Positions 53,092 to 61,707 of a stretch of DNA of 64,000 nucleotides are shown one piece after another (positions within the stretch are counted from its first letter, which is position 1; each line of letters starts with the position of its first letter). Position numbers and translations under genes: made by a program. Under the pieces are notes generated by a model. It made no database searches and was not told where the DNA came from. It saw nothing but the letters and a program-made list of their open reading frames with translations. This stretch comes from Pseudomonadota bacterium (GTDB lineage Bacteria; Bdellovibrionota_G; JALEGL01; DATDPG01): NCBI GenBank assembly GCA_043809315.1, contig JAZDDX010000016.1:64001-128000 (forward strand). Reading direction: 5' to 3'.

Positions 53092-53236
53092 AGCAGGGTT
53101 CGTGCCAAATATTGCGAAAATCAGATCCGAATCATATCAAGCACTTTCGACGCAGGTTCCCAAACCCTGGTGATCTTTAGACACCAAAATAGGAAAAAAC
53201 TGGAGTCAAAATGGCTTGTTCGAGGTCAAAATGACC
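53092..53236 (-). promoter_or_regulatory. Sigma54 promoter, IHF site and tandem enhancer-like palindromes
   Basis: TGGCACGAACCCTGCT (minus, 53092-53107); TATCAAGCACTTT at 53135-53147; AGTCAAAATGGCT at 53204 and GGTCAAAATGACC at 53224. Confidence 0.75.
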
Positions 53237-53309
53237 CCACTTTTCGGAGGACACAATCCGCATTTCTCCCTACTGGACAGGAGGACCCAGAATGTTACAT
53301 TGCGTCATC

Positions 53310-53990
53310 GTGCCCCACAAAGCCATTCGTCTCGCGGCCATCTTCGGATGCATCTTGCTTTTGACGACCTCTTCCTTCGCCCAACGAAAGGGGAAGAAGT
53401 CGTCGGACAAGCCTTTGGAATTTTCCTCCTGCGATCTCGTCGTCGATCGGTCGGTATACGCGGAATGGGGAGTCAATGCGGTTCATGGCGGCGCCTTCTA
53501 CAGCGACACGAAACTTCTCAGTTACGCCAAAGTGGACAAACCGGGTGGAGAATTTCAGATCGTGCCCCGCATGCCGACCTTGGAAGAAGTTGAGATCGGC
53601 ACCATCGTTCTCGGCTCCACATCCCCTCTGGCTTCTAGGAACCCGAAGCAGGGTTGCTGGACAAAGGTCACCGGGAAAGCTCCGCTCAACATCTCGGACA
53701 TTTCGGTTGTCCACCTTCAATACGCTTTGCCGAAGGTCCCCGCTCTTCTCGAGCTCTACACGACCCCCAAACAACTCTTCTTCGTCGAGCACGGAGGAAC
53801 GTTTTCGTTCGAGTCGGCAGAGAACCTTCAATCCACGAGAGATCGGCTGTTCGGTCCGAAGGAATTGTTGGAGCTTAAGAAGACAGACCAGGTGTCCGCC
53901 GCGCCCGCCCGCCTCTGGGCCTTGTATACCGAGATCGGGAACTATTACGTCAGCGCCTCGGGCAACGGATTCGTTCTTGTGAAAGACTGA
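53310..53990 (+). CDS. Secreted protein with a degenerate Hint domain (start GTG 53310 or ATG 53292)
   Basis: Signal peptide ending SFA; colinear with the neighbouring Hint protein (AF.SDTK, VLGST, CWT.VT, TE.GNY) but lacking Cys1, the TxxH His and terminal HN. Confidence 0.7.
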   Translation: MPHKAIRLAAIFGCILLLTTSSFAQRKGKKSSDKPLEFSSCDLVVDRSVYAEWGVNAVHGGAFYSDTKLLSYAKVDKPGGEFQIVPRMPTLEEVEIGTIVLGSTSPLASRNPKQGCWTKVTGKAPLNISDISVVHLQYALPKVPALLELYTTPKQLFFVEHGGTFSFESAENLQSTRDRLFGPKELLELKKTDQVSAAPARLWALYTEIGNYYVSASGNGFVLVKD

Positions 53991-54124
53991 TTGCTTCGAC
54001 CGTCGGGCCCTTGATCCGGCCGAGCGAACCGCGATCGTCGCCAGCGTCCGCGCGGCAACGGGCCTCCCCTCTATTGGTTAAAAGCTGGACAACCGGACCG
54101 AGAATACTACGATGCGTCATATCT

Positions 54125-54994
54125 ATGACGTCCAAACGACGCTGTCTCGTCCTCTTCGCCCTTTTCTTCCTTTCCTCGGTTCCGACCGTCTCGGCCGAAT
54201 CGTGGAAAGCGGTGACCCAAAAGATCCAACACGCGGGGATCCAGGCAATTGAGGAGCAGTACGCGTCGATGCCGCCGTTCTACAAGTACTTCGATTACCC
54301 CGTCTGTAAGGAGATCCTCGACCGCCGCGCCGCCGAGGATGCCGACCGCCGTGCCTACGGCGCCGAGTACGGCCTGAAGCCGCTCAAGAGGATCTCGGGA
54401 GGAAAAGCGGAAGAGGAGTTCGAGATCCACCATCGGGTCAAGAAGGAGTGCTCTCCGGCGGGCGACGTTCCTTGTTTCGCGAGCAACACGAAAATCGTGA
54501 AGCTCGACCGCACGCCGACCGGTGACCGCGTGATCGAAACCGAGATCGCCGCGCTTCGAAAAGGGGACTACGTCCTCGGTTCCACCGCCGATCAAGCTCG
54601 CGAGGAGCGGTACCAGGTCCGCGCCTGCTGGACGCAGGTCACCGAAGCGCCGTACGAAGGGGAAATGAAGGAGGGGGATTCGTACTTGACGATCATGTAT
54701 CGAAGAGAGGGAGAACTCCTGGCCGACAAACAGACGTTGGACGTCACGACCCACCATCGCGTGCGGGCCACCTATTGGGGGGGACGGATGCTCTGGATCG
54801 ACGCCATCCGCTTGGTCCGCGGCTACCGCATCTACGGAGCCGACGGGACGTTCGTTCTCGAGGCCAAGCCGAAATTACACAAGGTCGGGGGAGAGAAACA
54901 GACCGTCACGAACCTCCAGACCGAAACCGGGAACTACTTCATCGGGCCGAAGGGGAGCGCCATCCTCGCCCACAATGAAGGAGTCTGCACGTAG
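54125..54994 (+). CDS. Secreted Hint/intein-like (BIL/PT-HINT-like) domain protein
   Basis: Signal peptide ending VSA; CFASNT (54473), L..GD.V, TTHH, W..A..L..G, V.NL, NYF and AHN (ends 54976), then only EGVCT. Confidence 0.82.
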   Translation: MTSKRRCLVLFALFFLSSVPTVSAESWKAVTQKIQHAGIQAIEEQYASMPPFYKYFDYPVCKEILDRRAAEDADRRAYGAEYGLKPLKRISGGKAEEEFEIHHRVKKECSPAGDVPCFASNTKIVKLDRTPTGDRVIETEIAALRKGDYVLGSTADQAREERYQVRACWTQVTEAPYEGEMKEGDSYLTIMYRREGELLADKQTLDVTTHHRVRATYWGGRMLWIDAIRLVRGYRIYGADGTFVLEAKPKLHKVGGEKQTVTNLQTETGNYFIGPKGSAILAHNEGVCT

Positions 54995-54996
54995 CT

Positions 54997-56151
54997 TTAC
55001 AGTCCTCTGAACGCCGCACCGAGATCGGCCACGAGATCCTCGTGGTGTTCGATCCCGACCGACAGGCGGATAAAGCCGTCGGTAATCCCGAGCTTCGTTC
55101 GCACATCGGCCGGCAGGCTCGCGTGCGTCATGATCGCCGGGTGCTCGATCAGGGACTCCACGCCACCCAAACTCTCCGCGAGCGTGAAGACTTGGAGCGC
55201 CGACAGGAAACGCTTCGTTTCGGCCAGCGACGCCTTGAGATAGACGCTCACCATCCCGCCGAAGTCGCGCATCTGTTTCTTCGCGAGCGCGTGCTGCGGA
55301 TGGGACGGATCGCCGGGATAGATCACGCGATCCACTTTCGGCTGCTTTTGCAGGAACTCCACCACCTTCTTGGCGTTCGCGCAGTGCCGGTCCATCCGGA
55401 CCGCGAGCGTCTTTAAGCCCCGCAACGTCAGCCACGAATCGATCGGTCCCGGCGTCGCCCCGATCGATTTCTGCAGGAACTTCACCTGGTCGAACAGCTC
55501 TTTCGTTTTGAGGATCACCGCCCCGCCGACCACGTCCGAGTGCCCGCCGATATACTTCGTCGTCGAGTGCACGACGACGTCGGCGCCGAGCGCCAGCGGG
55601 TTCTGCAAGTACGGCGTCGCGAACGTGTTGTCGACCACCGTCAGGATCTTTCGTTTCGAAGCCTTCGCCGCGATCGCCTCGATGTCGATCAGCTTGAGTA
55701 ACGGGTTCGTCGGCGTCTCGATCCAGACCATTTTCGTAGCCGGTGTCATCGCCTCGTCCAGGGCGGACGGGTCCGTGAGGTCGACGAACGTGAACGAAAA
55801 ACCGCGCGACGCGAGAACCTGCGAAAACAGACGATACGTTCCGCCATAAACATCGTCGCAACAGACGACATGGCTCCCCTCGGGCAGAACGTGCGCCAAC
55901 GTCGCCATCCCACCGAGACCGGAGGAGAAGGCCAGGCCGTACTCCGACCCCTCCAGCGAAGCGAGACAATCCTCCAAGGCCTTGCGCGTCGGGTTGTCGG
56001 CACGGGAGTAGTCGTACCCCTTATGTACCCCGGGCTCGGGCTGCGCGTACGTGCTGGTCTGGTAGATCGGCGTGATCACGGCGCCGGTCGCCGGGTCGGG
56101 CGCCTGCCCGACATGGATCGCCTTCGTCTCAAAGCGGGATTTCTCGTTCAT
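54997..56151 (-). CDS. Cystathionine gamma-lyase/synthase (PLP-dependent)
   Basis: YSR.DNPT, ETPTNP, DNTF, STTKYIGGHSD and AESLGG motifs. Confidence 0.93.
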   Translation of the reverse strand: MNEKSRFETKAIHVGQAPDPATGAVITPIYQTSTYAQPEPGVHKGYDYSRADNPTRKALEDCLASLEGSEYGLAFSSGLGGMATLAHVLPEGSHVVCCDDVYGGTYRLFSQVLASRGFSFTFVDLTDPSALDEAMTPATKMVWIETPTNPLLKLIDIEAIAAKASKRKILTVVDNTFATPYLQNPLALGADVVVHSTTKYIGGHSDVVGGAVILKTKELFDQVKFLQKSIGATPGPIDSWLTLRGLKTLAVRMDRHCANAKKVVEFLQKQPKVDRVIYPGDPSHPQHALAKKQMRDFGGMVSVYLKASLAETKRFLSALQVFTLAESLGGVESLIEHPAIMTHASLPADVRTKLGITDGFIRLSVGIEHHEDLVADLGAAFRGL

Positions 56152-57137
56152 TTCCCCTCCACCTCAAAGCCGTTCGTCCGCATCCATTCGTCGTTGTACA
56201 TCTTCGAGAGGTATTTGGACCCGCCGTCGGGCAAGAGAATCAGGAACGTCTTCGGTTCTTTCAAGGTTTTCGCGAACTTGAGCGCCCCCGCCACGGCGCC
56301 GCCACAGGAACCGCCGGCAAAGATCCCCTCCTCCTTCGTAAGTCTCCGCCCGTAGGTGAAACACTCCTGATCGGTCACCTGGACCATCTCGTCGATGATC
56401 TTGAAATCGAGGCATTTGGGCAGGAAGTCCTCACCGAACCCCTCGACCTTGTAGCTGGTCAGGAGTTTCGGCGCTTTCCCGGTTTTGAAATACTCGTAGA
56501 AGATCGAACCGACCGGATCGATGCCGAGCGTCTTGAGCTTCGGGTTCTTTTCCTTCAGGAATTTCGAGATCCCGCTGATCGTCCCGCCGGTCCCGGCCGC
56601 GATGACCAGCCAATCGAACTCGGAGCCCATCTGCTCCCAGATCTCCGGCCCGGTCGAAAGATAGTGCGCCTTCGGGTTGGACGGGTTGTCGTACTGGTTG
56701 ATGTGGAACGAGTTCGGAGTCTCCTTCTCCAGGCGTTTCGCCACGGAATAATAGCTGCGGGGATCGTCCGGTTCGACCGCCGTCGGCGTCGAGATCACCT
56801 TCGCCCCGAACGCCTCGAGCGCCCGCACCTTCTCATCGGAGATCTTGTCCGGCATGACGAAGATGCACGTAAAACCCCGCACCGCAGCCACCATGGCGAG
56901 CCCCATTCCGGTGTTCCCGGACGTCGTCTCGATGATCGTCCCGCCGGGTTTGAGTTTCCCGGAAGCAACCGCATCGTCCACCAACTGGATCCCGATCCGG
57001 TCTTTCACCGACCCACCCGGGTTCATGAACTCGAGCTTGACGTAGAACTTATGCGGAAGATCTTTTCCGATCGAGTTCAAACGCACGATCGGCGTCCTCC
57101 CGACACATTCGAGGATATTCCCGTAGACGTTTTTCAT
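56148..57137 (-). CDS. Cystathionine beta-synthase / cysteine synthase family
   Basis: NPGGSVKDR, TSGNTG, QYDNPSNP.AHY and GTGGT motifs. Confidence 0.92.
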   Translation of the reverse strand: MKNVYGNILECVGRTPIVRLNSIGKDLPHKFYVKLEFMNPGGSVKDRIGIQLVDDAVASGKLKPGGTIIETTSGNTGMGLAMVAAVRGFTCIFVMPDKISDEKVRALEAFGAKVISTPTAVEPDDPRSYYSVAKRLEKETPNSFHINQYDNPSNPKAHYLSTGPEIWEQMGSEFDWLVIAAGTGGTISGISKFLKEKNPKLKTLGIDPVGSIFYEYFKTGKAPKLLTSYKVEGFGEDFLPKCLDFKIIDEMVQVTDQECFTYGRRLTKEEGIFAGGSCGGAVAGALKFAKTLKEPKTFLILLPDGGSKYLSKMYNDEWMRTNGFEVEGK

Positions 57138-58732
57138 GGCGCGAGGCTTATATCCGAAAACGGATGGAGGTCCCAGAGATTGGGGGTGTATCCGGTGACT
57201 GCGGGGGAGATGAGAATCGGAATCGTCGCATAGAAGAGCGGAACGATTCCACCGTCCCGAAGGATCGTCGACTCGGCCCTGCGGATGAACCCGCGCGCCG
57301 TATTCCATTCGACCGATTGTTCGACTTCTTTGAGCAATTGGTCGAACTCCCGACTGGAAAAGCCGCCCGCGGTACTGCGCCCGGTCCGGAACGCTTCCAG
57401 AAAGCCGAACGGCCGGTCGGGGGTCACCGCCAAGTCGTCCAGCGCCATCGTGTACTCCCCGGCGGAAACGAGTCGCACGAATTCGTCCGGGGATTTCTGC
57501 GTGACAACGATCCCCTCGATCCCTAAATTCCGTTTGAGCATCGTCTCGACCGTGAGAGCGATCTTCCGCTTCTGCTCGCTCTCAGGATGAATGAGTGTCA
57601 GAAGCGGGAACGGCTTGCACGCACCCTCCGTCTTTTTCTTCCCGCAGTACCCGAGGTCACGGATCATCTTCTGCGCCGAAAGCACGCTCAAGAGATAGCC
57701 GCGCGGCGGCTCGTACCCGCGGATTCCGGAAGGGATAAGGGAGAAGGCGGGGGATTCCCCCGAAAGGCCAATGGAGCTCAAGAGAAGCGGCCGATCGATC
57801 GCCATCGCCATCGCTTGCCTTAAGCCCACCTGGGAGAGCGGGGCCTTCGCGGCGTTGAGGCGCAAGAAGACGGTCCGCAGGTCCGGTTCGTAGAGAAGGT
57901 CGCTCCGCCCTGCCAGTCGCGGAACCTTGTTCGACGGGACACCGAAATCCCTAAGCCCAAACTGATCGACCGATCCGTTCGTGTACAGCTCCACACCGGA
58001 GGAGCCGTTCTCCACCCACGTGACGCGGACTTCGTCGATCCGGATCGAGGCGGCCAGGCGGTGGTGCGGATTCTTCGCGAGAACCATCCCGCGCTCGTCC
58101 ATCGACACCGGCACGAACGGGCCGTTCCCGACCCAGTTCTCCGGTTTCGCCCAACCGTTCTTGTTCCGCTCGATCGCCCGCCGGTCGACCGGGCCGGTTC
58201 CCGGCTCGGAGAAAAGATCGAGGAAGAGAGAGGACGGGCGCTTGAGCTCCAAAACAAGCGTCGTTTCGTCCTTCGCGTCGATCCCGACCTGGGAGGGAGC
58301 CAGCAGCATCCCCTCCCGCATCTCCTCCCCCCCTTTGACGAGGGTCAAACGATCGCTCAGCCAACCGTGCTGGCTCGGCTGCAGGAGGCGACGGAGGGAG
58401 TAGGCGTAATCCTCGGCGGTCACCTTCTTTCCGTTCGACCAGAAGAGATCGTTCCGAAGGTAGAACGTGATCTTGTGGCCGTCCGGAGAGAACGTGGTCC
58501 TCTCGGCCGCAGCCGGCTCCAGAGTTCCGTTCTCCGGATTCCGCTTGAGCAACGGCTCAACGAGGCTCGAAGCGATGGCCAGCTCCGATGTGGAATCGGC
58601 AGTCGCCGGGTCGAGGGTGTCGATCGGACCGGCCAGAGCGATCCGGAAGACCCGCTTCGGCGGCTCGCCGTTCGCAACGGAAGCAAGGCAAAGAAAGGCC
58701 GCTAGGAGGCCAGATAGTTCTGAGCGAGCGAT
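57134..58732 (-). CDS. Oligopeptide ABC transporter substrate-binding protein, OppA-like (start uncertain)
   Basis: TLDPA, WSNG..VTAEDY.YS, NGPF and RQAMAMAIDR motifs; signal-like segment begins near ATC 58732. Confidence 0.85.
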   Translation of the reverse strand: MARSELSGLLAAFLCLASVANGEPPKRVFRIALAGPIDTLDPATADSTSELAIASSLVEPLLKRNPENGTLEPAAAERTTFSPDGHKITFYLRNDLFWSNGKKVTAEDYAYSLRRLLQPSQHGWLSDRLTLVKGGEEMREGMLLAPSQVGIDAKDETTLVLELKRPSSLFLDLFSEPGTGPVDRRAIERNKNGWAKPENWVGNGPFVPVSMDERGMVLAKNPHHRLAASIRIDEVRVTWVENGSSGVELYTNGSVDQFGLRDFGVPSNKVPRLAGRSDLLYEPDLRTVFLRLNAAKAPLSQVGLRQAMAMAIDRPLLLSSIGLSGESPAFSLIPSGIRGYEPPRGYLLSVLSAQKMIRDLGYCGKKKTEGACKPFPLLTLIHPESEQKRKIALTVETMLKRNLGIEGIVVTQKSPDEFVRLVSAGEYTMALDDLAVTPDRPFGFLEAFRTGRSTAGGFSSREFDQLLKEVEQSVEWNTARGFIRRAESTILRDGGIVPLFYATIPILISPAVTGYTPNLWDLHPFSDISLAP

Positions 58733-59088
58733 TCGACCGCCTTTCTCGCCCGCAGGACCCTCGGTGCGTCCTGTTCGAGGATCGCGAGCAGGTATTCGTA
58801 ATGCTGATCCGAGATCTTGTTGAACTGCGCCTCGGGGGTCTCGGACGTCAATACCAACGCGTGCCAGTAGACTTCCTGATCGATCGAGATCTCCTGCCCC
58901 GGCAGCTCCAACGCCGCACGGTAGAGGAACTCGATCCCCTCGAACGGGCAGGGTTGGACCACCAGCTTCACGTGGGACGCTTCCCCCAGCCGCTCGATCT
59001 CGCGGCGCTTCCGTTCCAGGTCTCCCGATTGGATGAAGAGAACGATGCTGTATCGGTTGGTCGTATCCGCGAATGCGTCGAAGTTCAC
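58702..59088 (-). CDS. Hypothetical protein
   Basis: 128 aa, GTGA-coupled to the upstream peptidase. Confidence 0.6.
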   Translation of the reverse strand: MNFDAFADTTNRYSIVLFIQSGDLERKRREIERLGEASHVKLVVQPCPFEGIEFLYRAALELPGQEISIDQEVYWHALVLTSETPEAQFNKISDQHYEYLLAILEQDAPRVLRARKAVESLAQNYLAS

Positions 59089-61700
59089 GATCTCCCCCGC
59101 ACGATCCCCGAAGCATACTGCTCCGGATTGAGGATGTCGCGCGCCGTTTGACAGACGCTGTCGGCTGTCACGCTCTCGATCCGACTTTCGTATTCCGCGA
59201 TCCCTTCCGGTCCCCTCCCCGCGATGATGTGATGGAGGTAAGCATACGCCACCGGCAAATTCCCCTGGAGCGACATGGCGTGGCTGCCGATGCAGTACGC
59301 CTTGGCGGCCTTCAGCTCGTCCTCCGGCACCCGTCGCTCGCGAACGTTCATCAGCTCCGACAGGAGCCGCGCCCGCGCCTCGTTCTCCTTCTCGCGGGAG
59401 GTGGCGATGTAGGTGAAGAATGCCCCGCCTCGAAGGAGTGAGATGTTGAACGCCGTCGCCGTGTAGACCAACGGGGCCTCCTCTCGCAGTGCCCGGAAGA
59501 AGCGCCCTCCCATTCCGGCCAGGACGTTCCGGAGCACCTCGAGAGCGAAATACCGGTCGTCGCGAATCGGGACGCCGGCGAACCCGAGTGCTACGCCGGT
59601 CTGTTGCCGTTCCCTCTCTTCCACCGCCTCGCGGACTCCACGGGCCGGCACCACCGGATAGAGCTGCGCCTTCGGCTCGTCGTCCCGATCCCCCGAAACG
59701 CCGAACTTTTCCCGAACAACCGAGACCGCTCGATTCCGATCAATGTCCCCCGCGACCGTCACCACCATCTTCCGCCACTGGAACGCCTCGGAATACCAGT
59801 CGGTCAAGTCGGATCGGGTGATCCGGCCGATCGACTCCTCGGTCCCGTTCCGAGGGAGGCCGTACGGGTGGAGGCCGAACATCGAGCGATAAAACAGTTC
59901 GATCGGGTACCGGAACATGTCGTCCCGGCTCCGGCGGACCGCGGCCGTGATGGTCTGCCGTTCCTTCTCGACCTCGGTATCGGGGAACGCGGGACGAGTG
60001 ACGACGTCGCTTAGGAGGTCGAGTCCTTTGTCGAAGTCGCGGGAGAGGAGGCTCATCGAATAGCCGAACAGGTCGGCCGTCGACTCGACCGCAATCGAGC
60101 TTCCGAGCGATTCCATCTCGAAGGCAATTTCGTCGGCCGAACGATGTTCCGTCCCTTTGAGCGTCGAGCGGAGCATGAACTGCGTGACGCCGCAGTTCCC
60201 CTCCGTCTCGTCCAGACGCCCTCCCGGGAAGTAAACCGCGGCGGAGACGAGCGGAAGCGCCGGATTGTGGAGATGAAGAAGCGTGGCCCCCCCGAGATCG
60301 ATCGTCTCGAGGCTCTGCGTGAGCGGCCGGGTGTCGAACGAAGAGAAGACGAACGGAGGAACGGCCGGGATCTCCGGAGCGGGGGCGGCTGTCTCTTTCT
60401 CCCATCGCCTCCCGACCCTCTTTTCGAGACTCTCCAGACGCGCCTCGATCGGCGCCCCCTCCCCGAGGCGGTTCGGGACGTACTCGATCAGGCTCATGTT
60501 CGGGAAGGTGAAATACTTCTCGAGAACCCGGAGAATGTCGGACGAGGTCACGCTCCGCATCCGGTTCACGTATTCGAGAACCTGCTCGTACCCGCCGAGA
60601 TCCTCGAAGAAGGCGAGGCCGTACGCCTGCCCCATCACGTCCTCTTTCTCGGAGAAGAAGTTCACCTCGACGACGCTCCGGATCTTCGCGATTTCCTCCG
60701 CCGTCGGGGGATCTTTCCGGATCCGGTCCAACTCGACCCAGATCTCCTCCTCGCAGAGTGGGAGGTTCTCCGGTTTCAGATCGGCCTCGATCGCCAGGAA
60801 CCCGACATCGCGCGATGTGTAGAGCGAAACACCGACCGCGTCGACGATCCCCTTCTCCTCTTTGATGGAACGGTAGAGACGGGAACTCCGTCCCCGTCCG
60901 AGAAGGATCGAGAGAGCGATCGTCGCGTAGTAGTCCGGATGATTCGTCGGAGGGACGTGAAACCCCATCTTGAGAAGGGGCTGGACGATATCCCCGTTCA
61001 GACGGACCATCTTAGGAGCGGCCTGCAAAGGCTCCTCCGGGGAACGGTTCCGTTCGACCTCACGGGCCGGCATCTCCCCGTACCGCCGTTCGATCTCGGG
61101 GAAAAGCGCACCGGGTTCGAAATCCCCCGCCACGACGAGGATGATGTTCCCGGGGGCGTAGTACCGTTCGTAGTACCCGACGACGTCGTCCCGCGTGAGC
61201 TTTCGGATGTTCTCCTCTTTCCCCATCCGCCAGCGCCGGATCCTGTGTTTCTCGAACGCCAGCTCCAGGAGCTTTTCCCAGGCGAACGGGTTCGGGCTGT
61301 CGTACTTCCGCTTCAGCTCCTCGATGACGACCTCTTTCTCCTTGTCGAGTTCGCCGGCATCGAACAACGGATGCATGAGAGCGTCGGCCTGGATGTCGAT
61401 CGCAGGGACGAGGTTCTTGGAGGGAAGAACCGTATAGTAATAGGTGTGGTCGTAGATCGTGGCGGCGTTCAGATACCCGCCGAGGAGCTTCGTCTGGCGT
61501 GCGATCTCGCTCCCCGCGCGCGTCGGCGTCCCCTTGAAGAACATATGCTCGATCACGTGGGAGATCCCGACGTTCTCGTCCGGCTCGTCGAAGTACCCCG
61601 CCCGGACCCAGGTCAGGGCGCAGGCGAGAGGGAGCCGGTGGTCGGGACACAGCAGGACCGTCAATCCGTTCGAAAGCTTTCTTCGCTCGACCCCTTTCAA
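59085..61700 (-). CDS. M16 family zinc peptidase (pitrilysin-like, two-module fusion)
   Basis: HVIEHMFFKGT (HXXEH), NAAT..D.TYY; second module lacks the motif. Confidence 0.93.
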   Translation of the reverse strand: MKGVERRKLSNGLTVLLCPDHRLPLACALTWVRAGYFDEPDENVGISHVIEHMFFKGTPTRAGSEIARQTKLLGGYLNAATIYDHTYYYTVLPSKNLVPAIDIQADALMHPLFDAGELDKEKEVVIEELKRKYDSPNPFAWEKLLELAFEKHRIRRWRMGKEENIRKLTRDDVVGYYERYYAPGNIILVVAGDFEPGALFPEIERRYGEMPAREVERNRSPEEPLQAAPKMVRLNGDIVQPLLKMGFHVPPTNHPDYYATIALSILLGRGRSSRLYRSIKEEKGIVDAVGVSLYTSRDVGFLAIEADLKPENLPLCEEEIWVELDRIRKDPPTAEEIAKIRSVVEVNFFSEKEDVMGQAYGLAFFEDLGGYEQVLEYVNRMRSVTSSDILRVLEKYFTFPNMSLIEYVPNRLGEGAPIEARLESLEKRVGRRWEKETAAPAPEIPAVPPFVFSSFDTRPLTQSLETIDLGGATLLHLHNPALPLVSAAVYFPGGRLDETEGNCGVTQFMLRSTLKGTEHRSADEIAFEMESLGSSIAVESTADLFGYSMSLLSRDFDKGLDLLSDVVTRPAFPDTEVEKERQTITAAVRRSRDDMFRYPIELFYRSMFGLHPYGLPRNGTEESIGRITRSDLTDWYSEAFQWRKMVVTVAGDIDRNRAVSVVREKFGVSGDRDDEPKAQLYPVVPARGVREAVEERERQQTGVALGFAGVPIRDDRYFALEVLRNVLAGMGGRFFRALREEAPLVYTATAFNISLLRGGAFFTYIATSREKENEARARLLSELMNVRERRVPEDELKAAKAYCIGSHAMSLQGNLPVAYAYLHHIIAGRGPEGIAEYESRIESVTADSVCQTARDILNPEQYASGIVRGRS

Positions 61701-61707
61701 ACGGATG

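Noticed and set aside
54473-54976. Classical intein or polymorphic toxin
   Set aside because: No conserved host protein, no homing endonuclease, the +1 residue is Glu rather than Cys/Ser/Thr, and no toxin or immunity gene follows.
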